A DNA stretch of 64,000 nt from Methanobacteriota archaeon (GTDB lineage: Archaea > Thermoplasmatota > SW-10-69-26 > JACQPN01): contig JACQPN010000022.1 in the NCBI GenBank assembly GCA_016207515.1, forward strand, positions 129,549 through 193,548. The letters run 5' to 3'. How positions within the stretch are numbered: the first letter of the stretch is position 1; each line of letters starts with the position of its first letter. Positions 7,744 to 17,732 of this stretch are shown piece by piece. The notes below the pieces were generated by a model. The model was not told the DNA's origin. It ran no database searches and saw only the letters and a program-made list of their open reading frames with translations. The translations under genes were made by a program, and so were the position numbers.

Positions 7744-10700
7744 TTTCGCCTCCGAAGGCCAAGGACCGCAAGGCCCACGGTCGCTGCTGCGAGTATCACC
7801 ATCGCGGCGGTGAAGAGGCTCCCGCCGGGCGGAAGGCTTCCGCCGCCGGTCACCGTGAAGTTCACACTGTCCGTCGATACGCCTTCGCCCCCGTCGGCGA
7901 ACTGCGCCACGAAATCGACCTTGTAGTTGCCCGCGGCGTCGAGCGAGAGTCTGCCGCCCCAGATGCCGTCCCCGGCCACCGAATCGCCGTTCGTGCCCGC
8001 GTCGTTCAATTGGACGACGACGATGACCTCCGTGCCGCGGGTCACCCGTGCTTCGACGGCGGTGGCGGCCTTTCCGACGCTTGCCTGCAAGACGATCGGG
8101 ACGCCGACTTGGGCGTTCGAAGGCGGCGAGACGGCTTGGACGAGCGGCTTCTTGTTGTCGACCGTCACGGCGACGCTAGCGGCCCCGTCGGCCGTGCCGT
8201 CGTTCGCACGTAGCCGCAGTTCAACGGCCCCATCGGGTAGAAGCGACGTGTTGAGGGACGCGGACCCGGAGTTCGGGAGCCGCTCCCTGAGGAGGACGTA
8301 GTCCCCCGCGGACCCGGTGGCCTTGTAATCGATGGTGATGGTCAACGTGTCGGACGCATCCACGTCGGTGGCCGTCCATTGGACGCGGTAGGTGGCGCCG
8401 ATCGTGTCGTTCGCCTTCGGCGTCAATATCTCGATCTTCGGTGGGTGGTTGGCCACGCGAAGCGTATTGGGCGTCGTTGGGTCCCGGTCGCGGCCGACGT
8501 TCTCCAGCTCGTCCTCGGCCCGCGAGTAGTAGGAGATGAGCGTCCCCTTCGGCTTCACCGGGAGATCGGCGGACCACGTCGTGGCGCTTTCCTTCGTCAT
8601 GAGCACCTGCGTGTAGCCGGCGTCGCCGCCCGCCTTCGCGAACAATGTCAGCGCCATGATGGGGATGTCCTTCGTGGACGACGCGGTCGCGGTCACATGG
8701 CCGTCGAGGGTAGATTGCGAACTCACGCTCGGCGGAGTCGTGACGACGAGCACGTTCGTCGTCTTCTTTGTCCCGGAATTGCCGACGTTGTCCGCCGCGA
8801 AGTAGCTGATCTTGTAGCTTCCCTCGCCCGCGAACACCGGCAGTTGCCCGAGCCGCAGCGACGCGACCGATGCGTTCACCCGGTCGGAATAGACCGAGGT
8901 GCCGCGCTCGATGGTGAAGTTGATGAAGGCCACACCCGAGGAAGCGACGTTGTCCGGCGGGTCGAGATCTACCGCCGTGAAATTGAGCCGTGTCTTGTCG
9001 GAGATAAGCGTCGAGTCCCCTTGGAGCACCTTGGGGTCGAGTACTAACGTGATCTCGGGCGCAAGCGCGTCGACACGGAACGTCCACGTGAAGTTGCTCT
9101 GGAGCTGTACAGGCGAGAGGTCCTTGGCGGTGACGGTCACTGTGACGAGGTCGCGCGGGCGGAAACCATCCGACGGTTCCACCTGGTACGATAGCCTGTA
9201 ACCGTTCGTTATCGCGACCTTTTGCGCATTCACCGGGGTCGTCGAGCCGCCCTCGCGTTGGATACTCATTCCGATGGAATCGAGTTGGACACCATTGGCC
9301 GCATCGCGCACTTCAACGCTGATGACGGGTCGAAGGTTGGAGAAACCGCCTGCCTTCGGGCTCTCGCCCGAATAGAGCGGGGGAAGGTTCTGCACGCATT
9401 GGTACCCGCCGGTTGGGCGGTTCTCAAAGTTCCCGGCGGAATCGGTCGCGGTTATCGTCACAAGGTAGTCGTGGGGTGGCGGAACGCCCAGGTTGGCACA
9501 AGTGAGCTCAAGCGTGTAGTTCCCGTCGCCGTCGTCGTCCGTGAGCGTGGCGTCTGTCACTGTGGCGGTGGTTTGGTTCACAACTCGCGCCGTCACCGTG
9601 AAGTTCGTGTTGTCCGTCGCTTTCGCGTATATCGTGACGTTGCCGTTTATCTCCTGCCGGATCGGCGTCACTCCAACGTTCGCCTCGTCAAAGACCGGGT
9701 CCGTGTCGTCTCCAAGGTTGAAGTTCGCCTGGAAGTAGGTGGGCGTGCGGTTCGCGTCGATCACGGTGATGTTGAACGTGTAGGAACCGGCCTCCGCGAA
9801 CGCGGTCCCACGGCCCGTGGCCGCCGTGAAAGTATAGTTGCCGGAGCCGTTCGTCGCCGTCCGAAGCCAATGCGTCGTGTCCGACGTGTCGCGCACCATC
9901 GTCGCGTTCGCGATCGTGCGTCCCGCCTTCGTGATGAGGATCGTGGCATTACGCACCATCACGTTCTCCAACACGGTCGTGTTGATCTTGAAAGTCTGCG
10001 GCGCCTTGAGTCCCGTCGGGCGTACAAGGGTGTTGGTAAGCGCTGCGGGGATCGAGTCCTGGAGGTGGACGGTATAGTTGGTCGCGGGGATTCGGAGTGT
10101 GTCGTTCAGCGAATCGGTGAACGACATCGAATACGTGTACGTTCCAATGTCGGTGTCCGGGTCCGATAGGTCGATGCCGGCGATGAACGTGTCAAAGAAA
10201 AACCTGACTACTTTCACGTTATTTGCGACGGCCTCGTTGAAGAATGGGCTATCGCAGTCGATTGCGTTTCCGTCGCGAAAGCACGTGACGTTGATACTCA
10301 TGGGTCCGGAGAACAAGATGCTGGTGGCGTTTCCAAACGTGATGTTCACACGAGTGGGGTCGGTCACATCGTTGATGTTGTGGCCGCTCTTGTCAATTCT
10401 CAAAGTGACGTTGAAATAGTTTGTGCCGTTGAATTCGACCCGGTCCGCGGGTTCGACGTTCGACGTGCTGAGGATCTTCGGGAACGACACTATCTTGAAG
10501 CTCCTTGCCGGGCCCTCGCCCTTGTTCCCGCTCGGGTCGATCGCGACGACCTTGTAGGTGTAAGTCCCCTTGACGTCGTAGCTCTGGTTGAGGAAGTAGT
10601 TCGAGGATGTGCTCGTCGCACCGGGGCAAAGGACCGCCGTGCATCGGGTCATGTTATGAAGAGTCGAGTTGCCACCGACCGTCAGGTTCACTTGGACGGA

Positions 10701-12698
10701 GGCGAGGTTGAGGTCGTTGTCCGTGACACTGGCGTTGATCCTCACGTAGCTCTTCTTGTTCGCCGGCGCGTCCCAGGACTTGCAGAGCTCCGGCGGATTG
10801 GCGTTCACGTCGTTGTAACAGTAGACGATGGTGTTGTTGTTGGGGTAGCGTGGCTCCGTGTAGTTCAGCGCGGGGAATAAGGTCTCCGCATCCAGCCTGT
10901 AGCCGTTCTCCACAGTGGGTGCCACGAGGTCGGTGACGACGAACGGGAATTCGTACGTATTCGTCTCGTTCGTCTCGGCCACGATGTCGCTCGTGTCGAG
11001 TTCCACGATTATCTTGTGGGAGCCGCCGCCGATCGCGGACGCGGTGAGGTTGTTGAAGAGGAGGCTCGCCTCGTTGTCGGCGGTGCCGTTCGCCGCTCCG
11101 AGTTTCGAGACGGTCCAAGGCGTCGGGCTCAAGGCAGTCGAATCCTTCGAGTCGCGCCAGACGGTCATCGTGAACTTCGCGCTCGACGAGTTCGTGCGAG
11201 ATTGCTCGCCGCCGGCGGGCCAATCGCCGAGGTTCGACACCTTCACCGTGAAACTGATGGGCTCTGTGGCGCCGTACGGCGTCGCCTTGAGCCCTAGGAC
11301 GCTTGCCGTGATATCCGCCCCTTTCACTGCGATCTCGCGCGACGTGGTGTCGTTTTCAGGCGTCGGCGCCGGCAGGTACTTGTCCGCATCGATCTGGAAA
11401 CCCACGGTGAAAGTCCCGGCGGCCGTGGCGAGGTCCAACGGGGGGATGTTGGTATTCAGGCCGTAGCTAGCGGATCGGTTCCCGCTGAAATCGGCGCCCA
11501 CGTCGAGGATGCGTGGTTCCATCCACTTGTTCGTGATTATCGGGATCTTCTTGTTGCAAAACGCTCTTGGTGATGTCCCGCTCTGGACACCCGTGCAGGT
11601 CGTGTTGACGTAGATGGGGACGGCGACCCAGGACGTGTTCGCCAAGATCGTGCCCGTGTCCTTGTCGACCGTCGAGTTCGCGAACACCGTGGGGAAATCG
11701 CCCCAGTTCACGACGTACGTGTCACGGAAGAAAGTGCAGTACGGCGTGTAGTGAGAGTAAAGGTCGTCGGACGGGACCTGCCGGGTCGTTGCGGCCGGGG
11801 TCGAATCGGTGCAGGCGCCGCCGCCGGCGGAGTAGGTCTGCCAGGCACTCCCTCCGATGGAGACGATGCCGAGGTCCGGCTTCTTGCCGACGACGATGCC
11901 AGCGTATTTCAGGTTGTTCGAGGGCGATGTCGGATCGTCGTCGTCGATGTCGTCGACGCCGCAGTTGGGCTGCCCACCTACCGTCGCCACTTCGCCGGCT
12001 TCGCAGACGTCGAGTCCCGCGTCCACGTGCACCTGGATGCGATGGACGCCCACCTTGTCCTCGGGGGTGGCCAACGTGTATCTCATTTCGATGGTACGCC
12101 GGTCGCCGCCACGCAGGCTCTTGATGAAACAACGTGAATTGTTGGTGCCAACAAGGCTCAGGAACCGTTCGTTATCACAACCGCTCTGTTGACCTGCGAC
12201 CGTGCCATTGACCTTGAACGCCTCCGAGTTGACGGAGTTCACGACGATCCCGTCCAGGTCGCGCACCGTGACGTAGAAGTCCCAGGCCTCGTTGGGGTCC
12301 GTGGCCAACTGGGACACGCGGGCGCCGTTGGTGATGTTGAACCGGATAAGGATGACGTCGCCGGTCCTTTCCGGCCAGGAGCCGTTTCCGCCATCCAGCT
12401 TGAAAAACGTCGGGTACGGCGCGAGGGACGCCATTTCCGGCCCGCCGCAGTGGGGCTTGCACACGTTGAAGTCTATCTGAAGGTCGATCTCGGACGAGGT
12501 CCGCGCAAGGCACGGGTTCGGCGCGTCTGTCGTGGTCTGGTTCCTGATGTGGTGATTCGAGCTGGTGGGGTGGCAAGCGGCCGCCTCCCCAACGGGCGAG
12601 AAGTCGCGAATCACCTCATTGGTGACCGGCGCGGCGGTGGCTATGAAGGCGATAACGAGGGCTGTCGTTGCGATCTGTCTGGTTCGAGGGCCTAGCAT
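7740..12698 (-). CDS. giant cell-surface glycoprotein (S-layer-like, 1652 aa) with an N-terminal signal peptide and a C-terminal TM plus RRRK anchor (PGF-CTERM-like)
   Basis: Signal MLGPRTRQIATTALVIAFIATAAP; more than 60 NxS/T sequons; C-terminus PPGGSLFTAAMVILAAATVGLAVLGLRRRK. Confidence 0.8.
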   Translation of the reverse strand: MLGPRTRQIATTALVIAFIATAAPVTNEVIRDFSPVGEAAACHPTSSNHHIRNQTTTDAPNPCLARTSSEIDLQIDFNVCKPHCGGPEMASLAPYPTFFKLDGGNGSWPERTGDVILIRFNITNGARVSQLATDPNEAWDFYVTVRDLDGIVVNSVNSEAFKVNGTVAGQQSGCDNERFLSLVGTNNSRCFIKSLRGGDRRTIEMRYTLATPEDKVGVHRIQVHVDAGLDVCEAGEVATVGGQPNCGVDDIDDDDPTSPSNNLKYAGIVVGKKPDLGIVSIGGSAWQTYSAGGGACTDSTPAATTRQVPSDDLYSHYTPYCTFFRDTYVVNWGDFPTVFANSTVDKDTGTILANTSWVAVPIYVNTTCTGVQSGTSPRAFCNKKIPIITNKWMEPRILDVGADFSGNRSASYGLNTNIPPLDLATAAGTFTVGFQIDADKYLPAPTPENDTTSREIAVKGADITASVLGLKATPYGATEPISFTVKVSNLGDWPAGGEQSRTNSSSAKFTMTVWRDSKDSTALSPTPWTVSKLGAANGTADNEASLLFNNLTASAIGGGSHKIIVELDTSDIVAETNETNTYEFPFVVTDLVAPTVENGYRLDAETLFPALNYTEPRYPNNNTIVYCYNDVNANPPELCKSWDAPANKKSYVRINASVTDNDLNLASVQVNLTVGGNSTLHNMTRCTAVLCPGATSTSSNYFLNQSYDVKGTYTYKVVAIDPSGNKGEGPARSFKIVSFPKILSTSNVEPADRVEFNGTNYFNVTLRIDKSGHNINDVTDPTRVNITFGNATSILFSGPMSINVTCFRDGNAIDCDSPFFNEAVANNVKVVRFFFDTFIAGIDLSDPDTDIGTYTYSMSFTDSLNDTLRIPATNYTVHLQDSIPAALTNTLVRPTGLKAPQTFKINTTVLENVMVRNATILITKAGRTIANATMVRDTSDTTHWLRTATNGSGNYTFTAATGRGTAFAEAGSYTFNITVIDANRTPTYFQANFNLGDDTDPVFDEANVGVTPIRQEINGNVTIYAKATDNTNFTVTARVVNQTTATVTDATLTDDDGDGNYTLELTCANLGVPPPHDYLVTITATDSAGNFENRPTGGYQCVQNLPPLYSGESPKAGGFSNLRPVISVEVRDAANGVQLDSIGMSIQREGGSTTPVNAQKVAITNGYRLSYQVEPSDGFRPRDLVTVTVTAKDLSPVQLQSNFTWTFRVDALAPEITLVLDPKVLQGDSTLISDKTRLNFTAVDLDPPDNVASSGVAFINFTIERGTSVYSDRVNASVASLRLGQLPVFAGEGSYKISYFAADNVGNSGTKKTTNVLVVTTPPSVSSQSTLDGHVTATASSTKDIPIMALTLFAKAGGDAGYTQVLMTKESATTWSADLPVKPKGTLISYYSRAEDELENVGRDRDPTTPNTLRVANHPPKIEILTPKANDTIGATYRVQWTATDVDASDTLTITIDYKATGSAGDYVLLRERLPNSGSASLNTSLLPDGAVELRLRANDGTADGAASVAVTVDNKKPLVQAVSPPSNAQVGVPIVLQASVGKAATAVEARVTRGTEVIVVVQLNDAGTNGDSVAGDGIWGGRLSLDAAGNYKVDFVAQFADGGEGVSTDSVNFTVTGGGSLPPGGSLFTAAMVILAAATVGLAVLGLRRRK

Positions 12699-12865
12699 GG
12701 GCTACACCGCGTGCGTCCTTGGCTCCGAACAGGCCCTTCCCTTCCCTCGTAGGCTCGGTGCACGGTCTCGTGCGCCACACCGCCGGCGGAAACTGATCCG
12801 CCGGGAGCGGCGTTCAAGTTGGTTTGACGGACTTGAACTTTGCCACGGGGGCCGCGGGCGGCCCA

Positions 12866-12924
12866 TCTAAATATAAGGGTGTCCTCCAAGGCGGGCGCAA
12901 AATCGTCTGATACTTAAATAAACC
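12866..12924 (-). promoter_or_regulatory. two TATA-like boxes (minus-strand TTATATTTAG and TTTATTTAAG) 170-230 nt upstream of the surface-glycoprotein ATG; a long leader with a 7-bp hairpin (GTTCAAG...CTTGAAC)
   Basis: AT-rich islands at 12866-12878 and 12911-12924 in an otherwise GC-rich 380-nt spacer. Confidence 0.35.
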
Positions 12925-13080
12925 TTGTCTATTCACACGCGTCGGACATACAATAAGCGGCTCACCAACCGCCTGTTTTCGCCTACGGCGCGAAGGCCTC
13001 CTCGACGCGTGCGTCCGCTCGTCATGACGCGTCTCATCTCTTTGGCCGATCCTAGGCCAGCGGGGAAGCCGCACGGCCGC

Positions 13081-14448
13081 CTAAATCCCCATTACCACGC
13101 GAAGCACGTCCCTCGTCCCCGGCGCGAACCCAAGGATGAAGACGGCGAGTTTCACGAGGCCGGCCATGTTCTCGTCGTGGCCAAGATCCTGCTTGAGCTC
13201 CGAATCGATGACGTGGATGACCACGAGGATCATGAGGAACTTGATGATGGGGAAGCCCCAACCGTCCCCGAACGTCAAGAGGAAGTTGCTGACCGGGTGC
13301 TTTTCGCCGTAACCGATGAGGTTCAGCCCGAAGCCCGAAGCGCCATGGCACGGGGCGCTTGGCGAGTTACTCGAACATACCGCGAAAAAAGTCGCGAACG
13401 CGTCCAGCATGTGCGCGAAGACAAGTGCCGCGTTCACGCCGACCGCGTAGGGGAGAACATGCGCCCTCCTCTTCGAGAGGAGGCGGCCGGCGAGGAAAAC
13501 GAGCGCCGTGATGCCGACGGCCGGGACGAGCACGTAGCCAAGGTACGCCGGGTTGAGCGTCACGGCGCCGCCAGGGCCCCACTGGCCTACGGTTATCCAG
13601 CGCGTCACCAGGAAGACGCCCGGAAGGACGAAGGCGATGCCACCCGCGAAAAGACTCGCGTTCACGGGGGAAGCCCCACGCTGGAGTTGAAGGCCGAAGA
13701 GGCCCGTCGCTAGCAGCCCAAAAAGCAGCATCAGGACCGGGTGCGGGAGGTACGCGAATCTTTCGGGGTCCCCCGTGGTGACGGCCCCGTAGAGGCTCAC
13801 GAACGCCAACAGGGTCGCCCCGAAGAGCAACATGGCCTTACGCGGCCGCTCGACGTGACGCGCCGCCACGTGGATCCCCACGAGCATGAAGATGAGGACC
13901 AGGATTGAGATCTGGACGTAGATCACGGGCGAGATGAAGAGGTAGGAATAAGGGGGGGCAAAGAGGCTTGAATCCTCGAGGCTGCGGGCGACGGGGCCCA
14001 GCGCGATGAAGGGGATGAGCGCGGCCAGGAACCCAGCACCCGTTTCGACCCGGTGGCGGCGCAGCACGTGGACGTAGATGCCGAAAACGGCGATGGCGAG
14101 TAGGATCCCATAAACGCCCTCCGACACGAGCGTGTAGCCCTCCTTGGCGCCCGTCGAGCCCGCGGGGCAGCGGGGATTGCCGGCCGCGTCAAGCCCCGTG
14201 GCGGTGACGCGCCCGGCCGGATCGAGGCAGGCGGCGGAGATCTGATGCCCGTCGGCGTAGAGGGGGCCCCAGAGGTGCTGCCAGATGAATTGGTCGTAGA
14301 AGAAGCCAGGCGCAAGGAGAAAACCTGCGCCGATGAAAAGGAGCGGCACGGCGAGGACGGCGAGCCACACCAAGGCGGCGTTTTGCTCGTAGATGGATCG
14401 CCAGCCTTCGGGGGTTTCGCGCACGCGACGGCACTCGTTCGCGGCCAT
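13081..14448 (-). CDS. polytopic integral membrane protein (about 12 TM, 455 aa), function unknown
   Basis: The ORF track extends it to 14586. ATG 14448 is chosen because the first 46 aa are R/W-rich and would overlap the divergent hydrolase gene. A TAATAA patch sits just upstream. Confidence 0.55.
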   Translation of the reverse strand: MAANECRRVRETPEGWRSIYEQNAALVWLAVLAVPLLFIGAGFLLAPGFFYDQFIWQHLWGPLYADGHQISAACLDPAGRVTATGLDAAGNPRCPAGSTGAKEGYTLVSEGVYGILLAIAVFGIYVHVLRRHRVETGAGFLAALIPFIALGPVARSLEDSSLFAPPYSYLFISPVIYVQISILVLIFMLVGIHVAARHVERPRKAMLLFGATLLAFVSLYGAVTTGDPERFAYLPHPVLMLLFGLLATGLFGLQLQRGASPVNASLFAGGIAFVLPGVFLVTRWITVGQWGPGGAVTLNPAYLGYVLVPAVGITALVFLAGRLLSKRRAHVLPYAVGVNAALVFAHMLDAFATFFAVCSSNSPSAPCHGASGFGLNLIGYGEKHPVSNFLLTFGDGWGFPIIKFLMILVVIHVIDSELKQDLGHDENMAGLVKLAVFILGFAPGTRDVLRVVMGI

Positions 14449-14546
14449 TAATAACTTGCCTTGGCCGCTTAGAAGGCGGCTCAAGGCGTGGGAAGTGGCG
14501 ACGCCGTTTGCGAGGGTTTGTATCCGCCATCGTGGTTTCCATCGCC

Positions 14547-15305
14547 ATGAGAACCGCGATCGCGATCCTCCTCCTCGTCCAGGCAAGCGTGGGTTGTCTC
14601 GTGCAGGAAAGGCATTGCGACGCGTCGCAGGCCCCCGTGCCGTCGGAGGGAAGCGTCACGTTCGCCGGGAGCGACGGGTTCCGCCTAGTGGGGACGATGT
14701 CGAAGGTATCGGGCGCGATGACCGCCGTCGTCATGATGCACGGCGTCAACGAGGATCGCCGCTCCTTCAACGCGACGGCGGAGCGCCTGGTCGCTGAGGG
14801 CTTCACCGTTTTCGCTTACGATCAACGCGGGTCTGGGGAAAGCAAGATCCGCAACGGGTGCGTCGTCGAATGGGAGAGCCTCACGACCCCGGAGATCGGC
14901 GGCCTCGTCGATGACGCGCGCCTTGCCGCGGCCTTCACGGTCGGCGCAAGCGACGCGCGCGCCGTGGTCTACGTGGGCGCGAGCATCGGCGCGAACGCCG
15001 CCTTGAACGCCGCCGTCTACACGGGCTTTGCCAAGGGTGCGGCACTTCTTAGTCCCGGGATCGATTACCGGGGGATCCGGGCCGATGCCGCGATGACGGT
15101 CGTCCCCGCCGGGGTCTCGATACTCATGCAAGTGGCCATGAACGACACGTACTCGAACCAGAGTGCTGCGTTCCTCGCGAACGAGGCGGGCAACAAGGCG
15201 ACGCTCTCCGTCTACAGCGGCGGCGACCACGGCACCGCCCTCTTGGGACGAAAGGACGCGGTCGATGACCTCGTCTCGTGGTTGAAGACGGTCGCCGAAA
15301 AGTGA
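14547..15305 (+). CDS. secreted alpha/beta-hydrolase fold protein (dienelactone-hydrolase/esterase-like)
   Basis: Signal MRTAIAILLLVQASVG; GASIGA nucleophile elbow; later HG and D motifs. Confidence 0.7.
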   Translation: MRTAIAILLLVQASVGCLVQERHCDASQAPVPSEGSVTFAGSDGFRLVGTMSKVSGAMTAVVMMHGVNEDRRSFNATAERLVAEGFTVFAYDQRGSGESKIRNGCVVEWESLTTPEIGGLVDDARLAAAFTVGASDARAVVYVGASIGANAALNAAVYTGFAKGAALLSPGIDYRGIRADAAMTVVPAGVSILMQVAMNDTYSNQSAAFLANEAGNKATLSVYSGGDHGTALLGRKDAVDDLVSWLKTVAEK

Positions 15306-15327
15306 ACGCGGCCAAGCGACGCTCTTC

Positions 15328-16476
15328 ATGAAGGTAATATATGGCGCATACCTTTCCGAACCCGATGCCGAAGGGGAGTCGTGGATTTTCCCGGTGGGAG
15401 GCGTGCCGTCCATGATGGATTCCTTCGACAAATCGAAACTCATGGTCTTCCCGAGGAACGTGCTCGTGGGCCACGGCGTGCTCGATCAAGTGGGGGAACT
15501 CGCGCGGACGCTCGAACTCGACGGGGGTGTCACGTTGGTCACCGGCGACATGACGCGGACGATCGCCGGCGAGCGCGTCATGGACCTCCTCAAGAAGGCG
15601 GGCTACGTCGTCACGATGCACACGATAAGGGAGCCGACGCTCGCGGAAGTCGATGCGGCGCTTTCCACGGCCCGGCGATCCGGGTCCCGTTTCCTCGTCG
15701 GTGTCGGGGGCGGGAGCGTCATCGATGTCACGAAACTTGCCGCAAAAAGGCTCGGGCATCCTTTCCTCAGCGTGCCGACGAGCGCCTCCCACGACGGCAT
15801 CACGAGTCCCCGGGCGAGTATCCGCGATGGACGCGGCACGGCGTCGATAGACGCAACGGCTCCGTTGGGGATACTCGCGGACACGGCCATCATCACGAAG
15901 GCCCCGTACAGGACGCTTGCGAGCGGTTGCGCGGATGCGATCTCGAACCTCTCGGCGGTAAAGGACTGGAAACTCGCGCACAGGTTGAAGAACGAGGAGT
16001 ATTCGAGCTTCGCCGCCGCCCTCTCGCAGACGGCGGCCGAGATGATAATCGAGAACGCCGACGCGATAAAGCCCGGGCTTGAGACCGCTTCGTGGCTCGT
16101 GGTGAAGAGCCTCATCGTGAGCGGTGTCTCCATGAGTGTCGCGGGCTCGTCGCGGCCTGCCTCGGGAGCGGAGCACATGATATCCCACACGCTCGACCGG
16201 TTGTCGGCGCAACCGGCGATGCACGGCGAGCAAGTCGGGGTTGCGACCATCCTCGCCTTGAACCTCCATGGCGGCGAGTGGGAACGCGTGCGAGAGGCGC
16301 TTCGAAAGATCGGCGGCCCGACTACGGCCGCCGAGTTGGGCGTCTCCAGGGAGACGATGGTCGTGGCGTTGACGAGCGCCCACAGGATACGGCCCGAGCG
16401 TTACACGATACTCGGCGAGTCAGGCCTCACAGAGGCCGCCGCCGAGCGGGTGCTTCGCGTCACGGGGGTCGCTTGA
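15328..16476 (+). CDS. egsA: sn-glycerol-1-phosphate dehydrogenase (NAD(P)-dependent; archaeal lipid backbone synthesis); start may be 15412
   Basis: Fe-ADH/GldA-like fold motifs: LVGHGVL, GVGGGSVIDVTKLAA, HDGITSPRAS and the metal-site Asp/His pair. Confidence 0.85.
   Translation: MKVIYGAYLSEPDAEGESWIFPVGGVPSMMDSFDKSKLMVFPRNVLVGHGVLDQVGELARTLELDGGVTLVTGDMTRTIAGERVMDLLKKAGYVVTMHTIREPTLAEVDAALSTARRSGSRFLVGVGGGSVIDVTKLAAKRLGHPFLSVPTSASHDGITSPRASIRDGRGTASIDATAPLGILADTAIITKAPYRTLASGCADAISNLSAVKDWKLAHRLKNEEYSSFAAALSQTAAEMIIENADAIKPGLETASWLVVKSLIVSGVSMSVAGSSRPASGAEHMISHTLDRLSAQPAMHGEQVGVATILALNLHGGEWERVREALRKIGGPTTAAELGVSRETMVVALTSAHRIRPERYTILGESGLTEAAAERVLRVTGVA
15332..15343 (+). promoter_or_regulatory. 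TATA-like GGTAATATATGG between the hydrolase stop and egsA
   Basis: Seen directly. Its position argues that egsA translation may start at the in-frame ATG 15412 (GGGAGG lies 16 nt upstream) rather than 15328. Confidence 0.3.
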
Positions 16477-16536
16477 GTTGACGCACACGCCGTCGCGCTA
16501 CTTCCTGACCATTTCCTGCCTGGAGGTCAACGGCCT

Positions 16537-16971
16537 TTGCGCGTGACGCTGGTCGGGGAGGAATGGGCCAAAGTCGGCGCGGAGTTCGAGTACGGGGGGC
16601 TCGCCCCCGAATGCGAGCCGTGCAAGCTTCGCAAGGTCTGCCACGACCTCGAACCTGGGATGCGTTACCGCGTCACGGGGGTCCGCCCGGTCCACCACGA
16701 TTGCCCGGCCGGGTTCTTCGAAGGGGGCTTGAGGGTCGCGTCCGTGGAGACCGTGCCCATTCCAGCGACGATACCCGTTTCAGCGCGCCGGGGCACCGCG
16801 ACGACCCATTCGTTCGAGGAGTGCGGCGCGGCCTGCCTTTACAAGAGGCTTTGCAAGCCGAGCGGGATCCCGGATGGGACGAAGTGCAAGATCAGCGAGG
16901 TGGGTGAGGCCGTGACGTGCTACGTGGGACGGGAGCTCCTCTTCGCCAAGCTGGTCCCGGAAAAAAGATGA
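16537..16971 (+). CDS. UPF0179 family protein
   Basis: 144 aa; N-terminus MRVTLVGEEWAKVGAEFEYGGLAPECEPCKLRKVCHDLEPG and the Cys pattern recall archaeal UPF0179 proteins. Confidence 0.6.
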   Translation: MRVTLVGEEWAKVGAEFEYGGLAPECEPCKLRKVCHDLEPGMRYRVTGVRPVHHDCPAGFFEGGLRVASVETVPIPATIPVSARRGTATTHSFEECGAACLYKRLCKPSGIPDGTKCKISEVGEAVTCYVGRELLFAKLVPEKR

Positions 16972-16978
16972 GAAGGCG

Positions 16979-16998
16979 GCCAGGGAAAGATCCCTGGC
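16979..16998. terminator. hairpin GCCAGGGA-AAGA-TCCCTGGC between the convergent UPF0179 and VOC genes
   Basis: 8-bp perfect stem seen directly in the 57-nt convergent spacer. Confidence 0.3.
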
Positions 16999-17028
16999 GC
17001 CGGATGGTGAAGCGTTCTCGTTCGCGTC

Positions 17029-17553
17029 CTAGTTCTTCGACATCTGGATGAGGCCGAAGGAATTGCCGTCGGGGTCGACGAACTCCGCTTCCGCCCCGCC
17101 CCACGCCGTCGCGGTCGGCTCCTTTGAGAACTTGACCCCGCGCGCCGAGAGCGTCTCGAAGCTCTTCGCCATGTTGTTCGTGCGGAAGATTATCCCCGTC
17201 GGCGTCCCGATACGGCGGCGCAAGGATTCGAGGTCGCCCCAGGCGCTATCCGGTTCGGCGGGCGCTATCGAGGCGTCGCTTTCCGTGACGCCGTACTCGT
17301 ACCAGTCCATCTTCGGTTCGGAGAAGACCACCTTCATGCCGAGTTTCTCCCCGAAGAACCGGCGCGATTCCTCGACGTCACTCACCCAGAGGATGATGCC
17401 CGAAAGGTCCCCGATGGGGCCCGTCTGGCGGGCCGGCCGTCGGCTCGCGGTCACCGTCTTCGACGATGAGCGGGGCGTGGTCTTGCGAGCGCCCGTCTTC
17501 TTCGCGGTCGCTTTCTTGCCTGTCTTACCTGCAGTCTTTGATCTACGTGCCAT
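17029..17553 (-). CDS. glyoxalase/bleomycin-resistance (VOC) family protein with a 45-aa K/T/A-rich basic N-terminal tail
   Basis: VOC beta-alpha-beta-beta-beta core (ILWVSDVEESRRFFGEKLGMKV ... GGAEAEFVDPDGNSFGLIQ) preceded by KTAGKTGKKATAKKTGARKTT. Confidence 0.65.
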   Translation of the reverse strand: MARRSKTAGKTGKKATAKKTGARKTTPRSSSKTVTASRRPARQTGPIGDLSGIILWVSDVEESRRFFGEKLGMKVVFSEPKMDWYEYGVTESDASIAPAEPDSAWGDLESLRRRIGTPTGIIFRTNNMAKSFETLSARGVKFSKEPTATAWGGAEAEFVDPDGNSFGLIQMSKN

Positions 17554-17732
17554 GCGACGATCTCCTGTGCCGCTTCGCCTTCGCGGTCTACCGCTCCAGG
17601 CGAGGCCGGCTCGCCCGAGACAGGGTGCGAGGGTAAAAAGGAGATGGCCGGACCGTTGACATCGTCGAAGATCCGGGCGTGGTCAAGAATGCGGGGTCCG
17701 TGACGCGGGAAGCCGCCGGTGGATGCGGGCGA

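Noticed and set aside
14449-14586. N-terminal 46 codons of ORF 13081..14586, and the ORFs 12925..13713 (+) and 14189..14806 (-)
   Set aside because: R/W-rich. They would overlap the divergent hydrolase gene and its promoter. ATG 14448 with TAATAA upstream gives a hydrophobic, sensible N-terminus.
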